From Dehalococcoidia bacterium (lineage in GTDB: Bacteria > Chloroflexota > Dehalococcoidia > GIF9 > UBA5629): DNA of 24,000 nucleotides. Below are positions 15,387-23,175 of the stretch, piece by piece (the stretch's first letter is position 1; every line of letters starts with the position of its first letter). The stretch lies in NCBI GenBank assembly GCA_049513695.1, contig JBEKVW010000013.1, positions 9,977 to 33,976 of the forward strand, in the 5' to 3' direction. The notes beneath the pieces were generated by a model that saw only the letters and a program-made list of their open reading frames with translations, made no database searches and was not told the DNA's origin. The translations under genes and the position numbers were made by a program.

Positions 15387-15492
15387 GGTATGTGGAAAAG
15401 TCGGTTAAATCAGAGGAATTCTAACATCCCGTACCTGCCACGGGCAAGGATTTGACATGAGGCGGGCTTGTCTTTGAGAGAAAATTAACAAG

Positions 15493-15534
15493 TGCATCTA
15501 TGCATAAGTCCCCATCATGATGACAAATTTGTCA
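15493..15534. promoter_or_regulatory. Cluster of three palindromes upstream of the acs operon (candidate operator region)
   Basis: - TGCATCTATGCA, 15493-15504 (5+5 with a 2-nt centre).
- CATCATGATG, 15513-15522 (perfect 10 bp).
- TGACAAATTTGTCA, 15521-15534 (perfect 14 bp).

All lie 107-148 nt upstream of the acsE start and directly after the nitroreductase stop. Their existence is certain; their function is inferred. Confidence 0.35.
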
Positions 15535-16221
15535 CTATAAATAAAACTTCGCCATCTTCTCCAACGGTTCGCGTGCGGAGCGGAATTTATTAGCAGGGTG
15601 TTCCCAGTCGGGGTAGCCGATTGGTATAGCTGCTACGAAGAGCTTGTTAGCGGGAAGCCCCAGAACCTGGCGCAGGATTTCCGGGTAGAGTACGGGCATA
15701 ATAGCGGGTATGGTACCAAGTCCTATCTCGGTGGCGAGAAGCATGATGGTCTGCGCGACCAGGCCGCAGTCGAAAATATTGAGGGAGTTTGGGACTTCAC
15801 CCGCGTTGTAAAAGTTCTTGTCAATGATGATGTAGATGCAGGCGGGAGCGCCCCATAGTTGCATCGCCCAGATGTTCCGGTCGGCGCGCTTCTGTTTATC
15901 CTCGCGGGATATGCCCAGCTTCTCCTGCACGCCATGCATGATGATGGCGTAGCGAGAGCCCCAGGGCTCCGGATAATTCATGGAGATGGGTATATCGATT
16001 TTGGGCATCTGGGTGGCGGCAGCCAGAACTGCTGCCTTTACAGCTACGAGCTTAGCGCCGCTGACCACGGCATATTCGCAGGGCTGGCTATTGCCGGCAG
16101 AAGGGGCGTGTAGAGCAGTCTCCAGTATCTTTTTCAGGATGTCCGGGGGAACTGGATCGGGCTTGAAGGCCCGGATGGACTGACGTTTAACCACAACTTC
16201 GCTAACGTTCACTTTTTGCAC
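15535..16221 (-). CDS. Nitroreductase-family flavoprotein
   Basis: 228 aa. RQSIRAFKPDPVPPDILKKILETALHAPSAGNSQPCEYAVV is the classic N-terminal nitroreductase/NADH-oxidase family signature. Confidence 0.85.
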   Translation of the reverse strand: MQKVNVSEVVVKRQSIRAFKPDPVPPDILKKILETALHAPSAGNSQPCEYAVVSGAKLVAVKAAVLAAATQMPKIDIPISMNYPEPWGSRYAIIMHGVQEKLGISREDKQKRADRNIWAMQLWGAPACIYIIIDKNFYNAGEVPNSLNIFDCGLVAQTIMLLATEIGLGTIPAIMPVLYPEILRQVLGLPANKLFVAAIPIGYPDWEHPANKFRSAREPLEKMAKFYL

Positions 16222-16278
16222 CTCTTTTTCGTATAGTTGTATCTGAACTAGCTCCAGGATTAATCCCGCCCGTTTACG

Positions 16279-16719
16279 TCATGAGTTAATCAAACTTTCA
16301 ACGATCGCGGCTGCATCCTCAACCAGTTTGGGGCAGATCCTCTGGGGTATGCCGTTCTTCACGGCCTCGCGGAATTCACCCGGTTTGCTGAAGTCGGCTC
16401 CCAGCAGTTCGCTGCAGGTAATCGACCCATGCAATGCCTTGAATTTCTCGGCAAATTCCCGCACCTTGCCGAAGGCCGCCTTATGCGACTGCAAGCCGTC
16501 GGCTGCTGTCATGCCGTATTTAAGCCCGATGACCATGAACGCCCCCGTCACCGCCCCGCAGGTCTTACCCATATGGCCCATGCCGCCGCCGAAACTGGCG
16601 GCGATTTTATAGGCCATGACCCGGTCCAGCCCGAAATCTTCGGCGAACTCGGCCAAGACGGACTGGCTGCAGTTGAATCCTTTACTGAACGTAGCCCGTG
16701 CATCTTCTGCTTTGCTCAT
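16279..16719 (-). CDS. C_GCAxxG_C_C family putative redox-active protein
   Basis: 146 aa with the family pattern FNCSQSV ... GGGMGHMGKTCGAVTGA ... CSELL ... CPKLVEDA. Its ATG overlaps the arsM stop (ATGA at 16716-16719). Confidence 0.8.
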   Translation of the reverse strand: MSKAEDARATFSKGFNCSQSVLAEFAEDFGLDRVMAYKIAASFGGGMGHMGKTCGAVTGAFMVIGLKYGMTAADGLQSHKAAFGKVREFAEKFKALHGSITCSELLGADFSKPGEFREAVKNGIPQRICPKLVEDAAAIVESLINS

Positions 16720-17567
16720 CCTGCTCTCCTCCCTATTTGCGGTTTTACGGCGCTTACCTTTATGCTCCTGACGGATTTGCCGACCTTGCTCAAATCTTCC
16801 TTGGATATGTTTTCGCTGTCTACAATTGCCTTCAGGGCCGGCTCTTTTTCCAGGATATCGGTGGCAAAGCCCGTGTCGCCGATGACCTTGACCTCATCAA
16901 AGCCGGCGCGTTTTATATCATTAAGGTAGTCCTGTTTTAACGATGCTCCTGCCACGCAGCCGATGTAAGCTGCAACCGATTTCTCAACGGCCTGGGGTAG
17001 CTCCTCCAGCAGGACTATGTCAGACACCATCAGCCTTCCGCCCGGCTTCAGCACGCGGTAAGCTTCACTGAATACCCTCTTTTTATCCGGCGACAGGTTA
17101 ATTACGCAGTTGGAGATTATGATATCGGCGTAACCGTCCGCCACCGGCAGGTTCTCTATCTCGCCCAGCCTGAACTCCACGTTCTTGTAGCCGCCTTTTG
17201 CTGCGTTCTCCCTGGCTTTTTCCAGCATTTCAGCGGTCATATCAATCCCGATGACTTTGCCCTTTTCCCCCACCGCACGGGAGGCCAGGAAGCAGTCGAA
17301 GCCCGCTCCCGAACCCAGGTCCACCACGACCTCCCCTTCCTTCAGTGAGGCCATGGCAACGGGATTGCCGCAGCCCAACCCCAGGTTGGCTCCCTCGGGG
17401 GCAGCATTCAGGTCCTCATCTGTGTAGCCGACGCTCTTGCTGAGCGTTTTAGTCAGGTCCGTCCCGCCGCAGCAACTCTGGGCCTGCGGCGCACAGCAGG
17501 AACCGCCCTGTTTGGCCAACTTGCCATATCGTTCCCTGACCGTTTTCTTGATCTCCTGTTCTTTCAT
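16716..17567 (-). CDS. arsM: Arsenite S-adenosylmethionine methyltransferase
   Basis: 283 aa.
- N-terminal RERYGKLA plus a Cys-rich stretch ([15 protein letters not shown]).
- SAM motif [13 protein letters not shown].
- Conserved cysteine contexts [15 protein letters not shown] and YIGCVAGA, as in characterised ArsM enzymes. Confidence 0.88.
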
Positions 17568-17588
17568 CGTTTAACTCCTTCCTTGTAA

Positions 17589-17822
17589 TTACGCTTTCTG
17601 GCTTTTCCCCTGAAAAAAGCCCTTCATCTTCTCTTTCATAACCTCAGGGATTGCATTGCTGTTGCAGCAGTCCTTCCACATCTTGCTCATATCCTCCGGT
17701 TTGCACATACTGCTGCAGCAATCCATAAACGTCTTGCCTTTTTCCTCCTGTGCGGGAATATCGCCGCAGCCGCAACCTTCCTTCGCTTCCCCAGCGGTTT
17801 TCGTAGTGTTCTCTTTTTCCAT
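17589..17822 (-). CDS. Small Cys/Met-rich protein (putative metal(loid)-binding)
   Basis: 77 aa with 7 Cys and 7 Met. Motifs CGCG, MDCCSSMC and KDCCNS. AAGGAGGTC Shine-Dalgarno sequence just upstream. Sits between a C_GCAxxG_C_C gene and arsM on the same strand. Confidence 0.65.
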   Translation of the reverse strand: MEKENTTKTAGEAKEGCGCGDIPAQEEKGKTFMDCCSSMCKPEDMSKMWKDCCNSNAIPEVMKEKMKGFFQGKSQKA

Positions 17823-17874
17823 GATTGACCTCCTTTTATTTGATTACTAATACAAAGTATCCTGACATCGCTAT

Positions 17875-18423
17875 CTATAGTTCATATAGTATCTCCGCAA
17901 CTTTGTAAGCCGTTCCGCTGGTCAGCCTGGCACAGTTTTCCGACCGCTCCTGTCCTTTGGCGCTCAAATGCTGCTCCAGCAGGGTCGCCGTATCAAACCA
18001 GTCATATCCCGATATCTCGGCGCAGACCGTGCTTTTATATTGCAGTTTGAACCACTGCGCCAATTTATGGCAGGGCTCCATCATCGGCATCAACCCGCCA
18101 AATCCCTCCTCGATTTTCTTGCGTCCCGATCTTGCGCTGATCAGCATGAAACCCGTATTCAGTGCGCCGCAGGTCAGACCGCAGCCCCCTCCACCCTGTA
18201 AGCCACCTACGGCCCGGAACAAGAACTCATCCTGCAGTCCCAGTACATCCATGAAGGCCCGCATCAGAGACTGGGCACAGCCATAGTGCTGTATGAAGTT
18301 TTCGTAGGCTTTCTGGCCGATCAGCTCACGGTTGTCCTCGGAGCCCAGCAGTTCCGTTATTCGCCCTTCGAACAGCTCACTGAAGTTGCTCGTATTCACA
18401 TATACAAGTTCGCTCATTTCCAT
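17875..18423 (-). CDS. C_GCAxxG_C_C family putative redox-active protein (second copy, longer N-terminus)
   Basis: 182 aa with HYGCAQSLMRAF ... GGGGCGLTCGALNTG ... VCAEI ... ENCARL, the same cysteine architecture as 16279-16719. Confidence 0.78.
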   Translation of the reverse strand: MEMSELVYVNTSNFSELFEGRITELLGSEDNRELIGQKAYENFIQHYGCAQSLMRAFMDVLGLQDEFLFRAVGGLQGGGGCGLTCGALNTGFMLISARSGRKKIEEGFGGLMPMMEPCHKLAQWFKLQYKSTVCAEISGYDWFDTATLLEQHLSAKGQERSENCARLTSGTAYKVAEILYEL

Positions 18424-18486
18424 ATTCAGCCTTACAACTTTTATTACTACTATTCGAAATATATCGATATCAAAAGATAAAATTTT

Positions 18487-18813
18487 TTAGCCTGTGGCGG
18501 GTGCTTTGAAGAAGTCGGCCAGCCTTTCAAGTATCCCTTTATCGACCCAGCACTCGATGCGCTGCCCGTTGCGCCTGGTGCTGATCAACCCGGCCCGGTG
18601 TAGCTCTTTAAGGTGGTGTGAGATGGTCGACTGTGCTATGCCCAGGTTGCCGCTTAGATCACCCACGCACTCACAAATATTATCCTTCTTACACGCCATC
18701 CCTTCCGGGCCGCAACACGCCAGCCTCAGGAATATCTTCAGCCTGTGTGGATTGGACAATGCCTTGAACATCTCCGCATATTTTTCAGCTTTACCACTGT
18801 CATTGTTCGACAT
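18487..18813 (-). CDS. arsR: ArsR/SmtB-family metalloregulator
   Basis: 108 aa. FKALSNPHRLKIFLRL plus the HTH LGIAQSTISHHLKELHRAGLI. A Cys-x-Cys pair lies in ICECVGDL, at the position of the canonical ELCVCDL As(III) site. First gene of the minus-strand cluster. Confidence 0.88.
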   Translation of the reverse strand: MSNNDSGKAEKYAEMFKALSNPHRLKIFLRLACCGPEGMACKKDNICECVGDLSGNLGIAQSTISHHLKELHRAGLISTRRNGQRIECWVDKGILERLADFFKAPATG

Positions 18814-18874
18814 ATTACGAAGTATAGAACTATTAAAAGTCTTTTGTCAAGTTTAGCTTCAATTTTTATTGTAT

Positions 18875-18899
18875 GGGGGCCCGGTTAATCCAGGCCCCC
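18875..18899. other. GC-rich inverted repeat in the arsR/rnhA divergent intergenic region
   Basis: GGGGGCC (18875-18881) pairs with GGCCCCC (18893-18899). The stem extends to 10 bp with one mismatch around a TTAAT loop. No U-tract on either strand. Confidence 0.3.
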
Positions 18900-18927
18900 A
18901 GGCCCTGAAATGGCGTATAATTAGCCC

Positions 18928-19401
18928 ATGCCCGGCATGGATAAAATCGTTATTTACTGTGACGGCGCCTGCTCGGGCAACCAGTACCAGGTCAATGCGG
19001 GGGGATGGGGCGCTATATTGAGGCACCGGGGCAAGGTCAAGGAGATCTACGGCGGCGAGCTGAATACAACCAATCAGCGCATGGAGTTGACCGCCTGCAT
19101 CAAAGCCCTCGAACAGATGAAATCCGCAGGCCACCTTATAGAGGTTTACACGGACAGCGCTTACCTGGTGAACTGCATGCAGCGGAAATGGTACCTGACC
19201 TGGCAGAAAAACGGCTGGCAGAATGCCAAAAGGCAACCGGTGGAAAACCGCGATCTCTGGGAGAGGCTTCTGAAGCTTTTATCCAAATATAAAGTGCACT
19301 TTCATAAGGTAGAGGGGCATGCCGGTGATGAGCTGAACGAAAGGGCGGACGAGCTGGCCAGACAGGGCATTTCATACGTCAAAAAGATCGGCCTGAACTG
19401 A
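18928..19401 (+). CDS. rnhA: Ribonuclease HI
   Basis: 157 aa. The catalytic DEDD contexts are present: IYCDGAC, NQRMELTA, VYTDSAY and NERADELA. It also has the HKVEGHAG motif. An alternative ATG lies at 18937. Confidence 0.9.
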   Translation: MPGMDKIVIYCDGACSGNQYQVNAGGWGAILRHRGKVKEIYGGELNTTNQRMELTACIKALEQMKSAGHLIEVYTDSAYLVNCMQRKWYLTWQKNGWQNAKRQPVENRDLWERLLKLLSKYKVHFHKVEGHAGDELNERADELARQGISYVKKIGLN

Positions 19402-19471
19402 TGCATTTTAAACTTAAATATGCTATACTAAATTACGAAATTGCAAGTCCTAGTAGGCTTCGTCTGAGCAA

Positions 19472-19487
19472 ACACAATATATTGTGA
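19472..19487. promoter_or_regulatory. NrdR-box-like 16-mer (contains a perfect 14-bp palindrome) upstream of gyrB
   Basis: ACACAATATATTGTGA matches the recalled NrdR-box consensus acaCwAtATaTwGtgt at 15 of 16 positions. CACAATATATTGTG (19473-19486) is a perfect palindrome. It lies 67 nt upstream of the gyrB ATG. Confidence 0.3.
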
Positions 19488-19553
19488 TGCTTGTTTCTAA
19501 AACCCGCTATATGGCGGGGCAGGGCACACAAAATCCATCATAAGAGATAAACC

Positions 19554-21473
19554 ATGGCTTCTGAACAGGTTAACAATTCACACAACGGCGAATATACAGC
19601 AGAAAATATCCGCGTGCTGGATGGGCTGGAAGCGGTACGCATGCGTCCCGGCATGTACATCGGCGATACCGGCAAGGAAGGTCTGCATCACCTGGTTTAC
19701 GAGATCGTCTATAACAGCATAGACGAAGCCATGGCCGGCTACTGCGACCGCATACAGGTAATCATCCACCCTGACAACTCGATAACGGTTATAGACAATG
19801 GCCGCGGCATACCCGTAGACCTGCATCCCGAAAAAGGCATTTCGGCCCTGGAGGTCGTTATGACCACCCTGCACGCCGGGGGCAAATTCGGAGATGGCGC
19901 TTACAGCGTTTCCAGCGGTCTGCACGGCGTGGGCGCCTCGGTAGTAAGTGCGCTTTCTTCCTGGATGCGGGCCGAGGTCAGACGGGACGGCAAGATCTGG
20001 CGACAGGAATATAAGATCGGCGTACCCCTGAACGACGTCAAGTCCGTAGGCAGGACCGATGAAACAGGCACCCTAATTACGTTTATGGCGGACACTGAGA
20101 TTTTCGCAGAAATCCGCTATGATTTCGCAGTCCTCGCCGAGCGTCTCAGGGAGCTGGCTTTCCTTAATAAGGGAGTTGAGATCAGCCTGAAAGATGAAAG
20201 GGCGGATGAAGAGGTCACATATTTCTTTGAAGGCGGCATTGCCAGCCTGGTCAGACGTATTAACAAAACACGCCAGGTCCTGGATAAATCCATTTACATT
20301 GCGGGCAAGGTCAACAGCACGGCTGTAGAGATCGCCATACAGTACAACGACGGCTATTCTGAGAACGTGACCGCCTTCGCCAATTGCGTCAACACCCGGG
20401 AAGGCGGGACCCACATGACCGGGTTCCGTGCGGCACTGACGCGGGTACTTAACGATTACGCACGCAAGAACAAGTTCCTCAAGGACAATGACGCCAACCT
20501 GACCGGCGACGATATCCGCGACGGCCTGACGGCAGTCGTCAGTGTAAAAGTGGGTTCACCCCAATTCGAAGGACAGACCAAGGCCAAGCTGGGTAACCCC
20601 GAGGTAAAAGGACAGGTTGAATCGATAGCCAGCGACGGCCTTAACGAGTATCTGGAGAAGCATCCCGACGAAGGTAAATCGATAATAGATAAATGCCTGC
20701 TGGCGGCCAAAGCCAGGGAGGCAGCCCGTAAGGCACGTGACCTTATCCTTAAGAAGACCGGCCTCGAGTTCGGCACACTTCCCGGAAAACTGGCGGATTG
20801 CTCCAGCAATAACCCCAAAGAGTGCGAGCTCTACCTGGTGGAGGGCGATTCGGCGGGCGGCTCTGCCAAGCAGGGGCGAGACCGCAATTTCCAGGCCATC
20901 CTCCCGCTGCGGGGCAAGATCCTCAATGTAGAGAAAGCAGCCAAGGATAAGATATTTGACCACGAGGAGATCCGTGCCCTGATCACCGCCCTGGGCACCG
21001 GAATCGGCGACGCCTTCGAGTTGGGCAAGCTACGCTATCATCAGATCATCATCATGACAGATGCCGATGTCGATGGCGCACACATCCGCACACTGCTGCT
21101 TACTTTCTTCTACCGCAATATGGCGGACCTCATCCAGAACGGTCACCTGTTCATCGCTCAGCCCCCGCTATACCGCCTGGCAGCCGGCAAACAGCAGTAT
21201 TGGGTTTACTCAGACATGGAAAAAGATGCCAAACTAGCTTCGCTGAAAGCCAGCAAGGTGGATATACAGCGCTACAAAGGCCTGGGTGAAATGAGCCCCG
21301 AACAGCTCTGGGATACCACCATGAACCCGGCCACTCGGACGCTGCTCAAAGTACAGGTTGACGACGCCATGAAGGCCGACGATATCTTCCACGTGCTTAT
21401 GGGCAGCGAGGTACCGCCCCGCAAGTCCTTTATCCAGGCACATGCACGCAGCGTTAAAAACCTGGATATCTAG
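19554..21473 (+). CDS. gyrB: DNA gyrase subunit B
   Basis: 639 aa. It contains YTAENIRVLDGLEAVRMRPGMYIGDT, the GHKL ATPase motifs (DNGRGIPVD, GLHGVGASVV), the Toprim motifs EGDSAGGSAKQGRDR and IMTDADVDGAHI, and the C-terminal RYKGLGEM. Confidence 0.97.
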   Translation: MASEQVNNSHNGEYTAENIRVLDGLEAVRMRPGMYIGDTGKEGLHHLVYEIVYNSIDEAMAGYCDRIQVIIHPDNSITVIDNGRGIPVDLHPEKGISALEVVMTTLHAGGKFGDGAYSVSSGLHGVGASVVSALSSWMRAEVRRDGKIWRQEYKIGVPLNDVKSVGRTDETGTLITFMADTEIFAEIRYDFAVLAERLRELAFLNKGVEISLKDERADEEVTYFFEGGIASLVRRINKTRQVLDKSIYIAGKVNSTAVEIAIQYNDGYSENVTAFANCVNTREGGTHMTGFRAALTRVLNDYARKNKFLKDNDANLTGDDIRDGLTAVVSVKVGSPQFEGQTKAKLGNPEVKGQVESIASDGLNEYLEKHPDEGKSIIDKCLLAAKAREAARKARDLILKKTGLEFGTLPGKLADCSSNNPKECELYLVEGDSAGGSAKQGRDRNFQAILPLRGKILNVEKAAKDKIFDHEEIRALITALGTGIGDAFELGKLRYHQIIIMTDADVDGAHIRTLLLTFFYRNMADLIQNGHLFIAQPPLYRLAAGKQQYWVYSDMEKDAKLASLKASKVDIQRYKGLGEMSPEQLWDTTMNPATRTLLKVQVDDAMKADDIFHVLMGSEVPPRKSFIQAHARSVKNLDI

Positions 21474-21509
21474 GCCCATCCCAACCCGGTCATCAATCAA
21501 TTCAATTGG

Positions 21510-22112
21510 TTATTTCTTATAAAGGCCGTTATCGGTTATATATTTTTCAACTGCGTCCGGCACCAGGTATCGGATGGATTTGCCTTCCGCAACTCTGTCC
21601 CTGATATCTGTAGAACTTATACCGATACACGGCCCTTCCATCATTATGTTTCTCTCTGAGAAGCCGGGAATGACATCTTCCATTGAGGCAATGTCAGGCC
21701 GGTTGAATCCAGGCCTGGGAAATGCAACCACGGTGGCCATTTTGGAGATTCTATAGGGAGCTTTCCAGTTTGGCATATCCTTCAAGCTGTCCCAGCTCAT
21801 CAGCAAATACAATTTGGACTCATAGCCCACATCCTTCCACAGCTGTTCCAACGTATCCACAGTGAATGTGGAGCCGGGCCTGTCTACCTCTATAGTCACT
21901 AGGCTGAAAAAGGGATTGGATTGTATGGCAAGCTTGACCATCTCCACCCGGTGGCGTGGGGGCGTTATCCCGTGGCCGGATTTCATCCAGGGGTTACCGG
22001 CCGGGATGAACATTACTTTGTCGAGCTCCAGCCTGGTCCTGGCATCCTCGGCAATTATAAGGTGTCCCAGGTGTATGGGGTCGAATGTGCCGCCCATAAT
22101 TCCAATCTTCAT
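21510..22112 (-). CDS. nadD: Nicotinate-nucleotide adenylyltransferase
   Basis: MKIGIMGGTFDPIHLGHL is the (H/T)xGH nucleotidyltransferase motif at the N-terminus. The ATG at 22112 lies 1 nt after the obg TGA. The ORF track starts 6 codons earlier, at TTG 22130. Confidence 0.88.
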   Translation of the reverse strand: MKIGIMGGTFDPIHLGHLIIAEDARTRLELDKVMFIPAGNPWMKSGHGITPPRHRVEMVKLAIQSNPFFSLVTIEVDRPGSTFTVDTLEQLWKDVGYESKLYLLMSWDSLKDMPNWKAPYRISKMATVVAFPRPGFNRPDIASMEDVIPGFSERNIMMEGPCIGISSTDIRDRVAEGKSIRYLVPDAVEKYITDNGLYKK

Positions 22113-22113
22113 T

Positions 22114-23175
22114 TCAATCCCGCCTGTCAACCGGTTTAGGCCGGAAGACTACCTCCGGCTTAACCTCCCGGGTCTCGACAATTCCCTTCTCCAACGCAAT
22201 TCTGTGCACGGATGATATCAGCTCATTCAGGCCCTGACCCGTTTTGGCCGAGATAAAAAACAGCGGCAGGCCGTTAAAGACCGGCAGATCCCGTATTTCA
22301 TCCAATTCCCCGGCGCTTTCTATTAAATCGATTTTATTGACGGCCACGACCAGGCTTTTATCCGCCATCCCGGTGTCAAAGGCCGTAATCTCCTCTTTTA
22401 AATGGTTCAAATCGGCGCCTGGATCCATTGTGCTGCCATCAAGCAAAAGAACTAGCACTTCAGCCCTTTGAGCATGACATAAAAAATGGTTGCCCAGGCC
22501 TTTGCCCTGATGAGAACCTTCGATCAAAGCCGGCAGCTCGGCCCAGATAAGTTTTTTAACCCCGTCATCAACCGTGCCCAGGACCGGCTCTGTTGTGGTA
22601 AAGGGGTAGTCAGCAGCTTGAGGCCTGGCTCCCGAAATGGCAGCCAGCAAAGTGGACTTCCCACTGTTAGGGTACCCGATAATACAAACATCTATAGCCA
22701 GTGTTAAATGCAACACTATGTCAAGTTGCTCGCCTTCCTCGCCCGGCTGAAATATCTTTGGTGCTTTACGGGTGGCGGTAGCATAATGAACATTGCCCTT
22801 ACCTCCCTTACCTCCCTTAGCCACCAAAACCCTCTGTCCTTTATTGCTCAAATCAGCTATCAGTGCTTCTTTGCTATCCTGCTTGACATAAGCCGAGGTC
22901 CCAACAGGTACCTTTATGATTAGATCAGCGGCATTGAGCCCATGCATCTTATTCTTGCCACCTCTGCCACCGTTTTCAGCTTTAAACAATGTTTTATGTT
23001 TAAAGTATTTTAGGTCTTCTTCATCAGCGCTGGCCAGCAAATATATATCCCCTCCTTTACCGCCATCACCTCCATCAGGCCCGCCGAAGGGCTTGAACTT
23101 TTCCCGATTGAAGCTTGCCAGTCCGCTGCCCCCATGCCCGGCTACAAGTTTTATTTCTACTGTATCAACAAACAT
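22114..23175 (-). CDS. obg: GTPase Obg/CgtA
   Basis: MFVDTVEIKLVAGHGGSGLASFNREKFKPFGGPDGGDGGKGGDIY is the glycine-rich Obg fold. The G domain has GYPNSGKSTLL (G1) and VNKID (G4). Confidence 0.95.
   Translation of the reverse strand: MFVDTVEIKLVAGHGGSGLASFNREKFKPFGGPDGGDGGKGGDIYLLASADEEDLKYFKHKTLFKAENGGRGGKNKMHGLNAADLIIKVPVGTSAYVKQDSKEALIADLSNKGQRVLVAKGGKGGKGNVHYATATRKAPKIFQPGEEGEQLDIVLHLTLAIDVCIIGYPNSGKSTLLAAISGARPQAADYPFTTTEPVLGTVDDGVKKLIWAELPALIEGSHQGKGLGNHFLCHAQRAEVLVLLLDGSTMDPGADLNHLKEEITAFDTGMADKSLVVAVNKIDLIESAGELDEIRDLPVFNGLPLFFISAKTGQGLNELISSVHRIALEKGIVETREVKPEVVFRPKPVDRRD

Noticed and set aside
18916-18930. TATAAT (18916-18921) 6 nt upstream of the rnhA ATG, suggesting a leaderless mRNA.
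   Set aside because: There is no acceptable -35 or TGn element, and a second in-frame ATG lies at 18937. The evidence is too thin to report as a feature.
19503-19518. Second palindrome CCCGC-TATATG-GCGGG centred 31 bp downstream of the NrdR-like box, as a possible tandem NrdR box.
   Set aside because: The spacing is suggestive, but position-by-position comparison with the recalled NrdR consensus fails at almost every position. It may simply be a leader hairpin.
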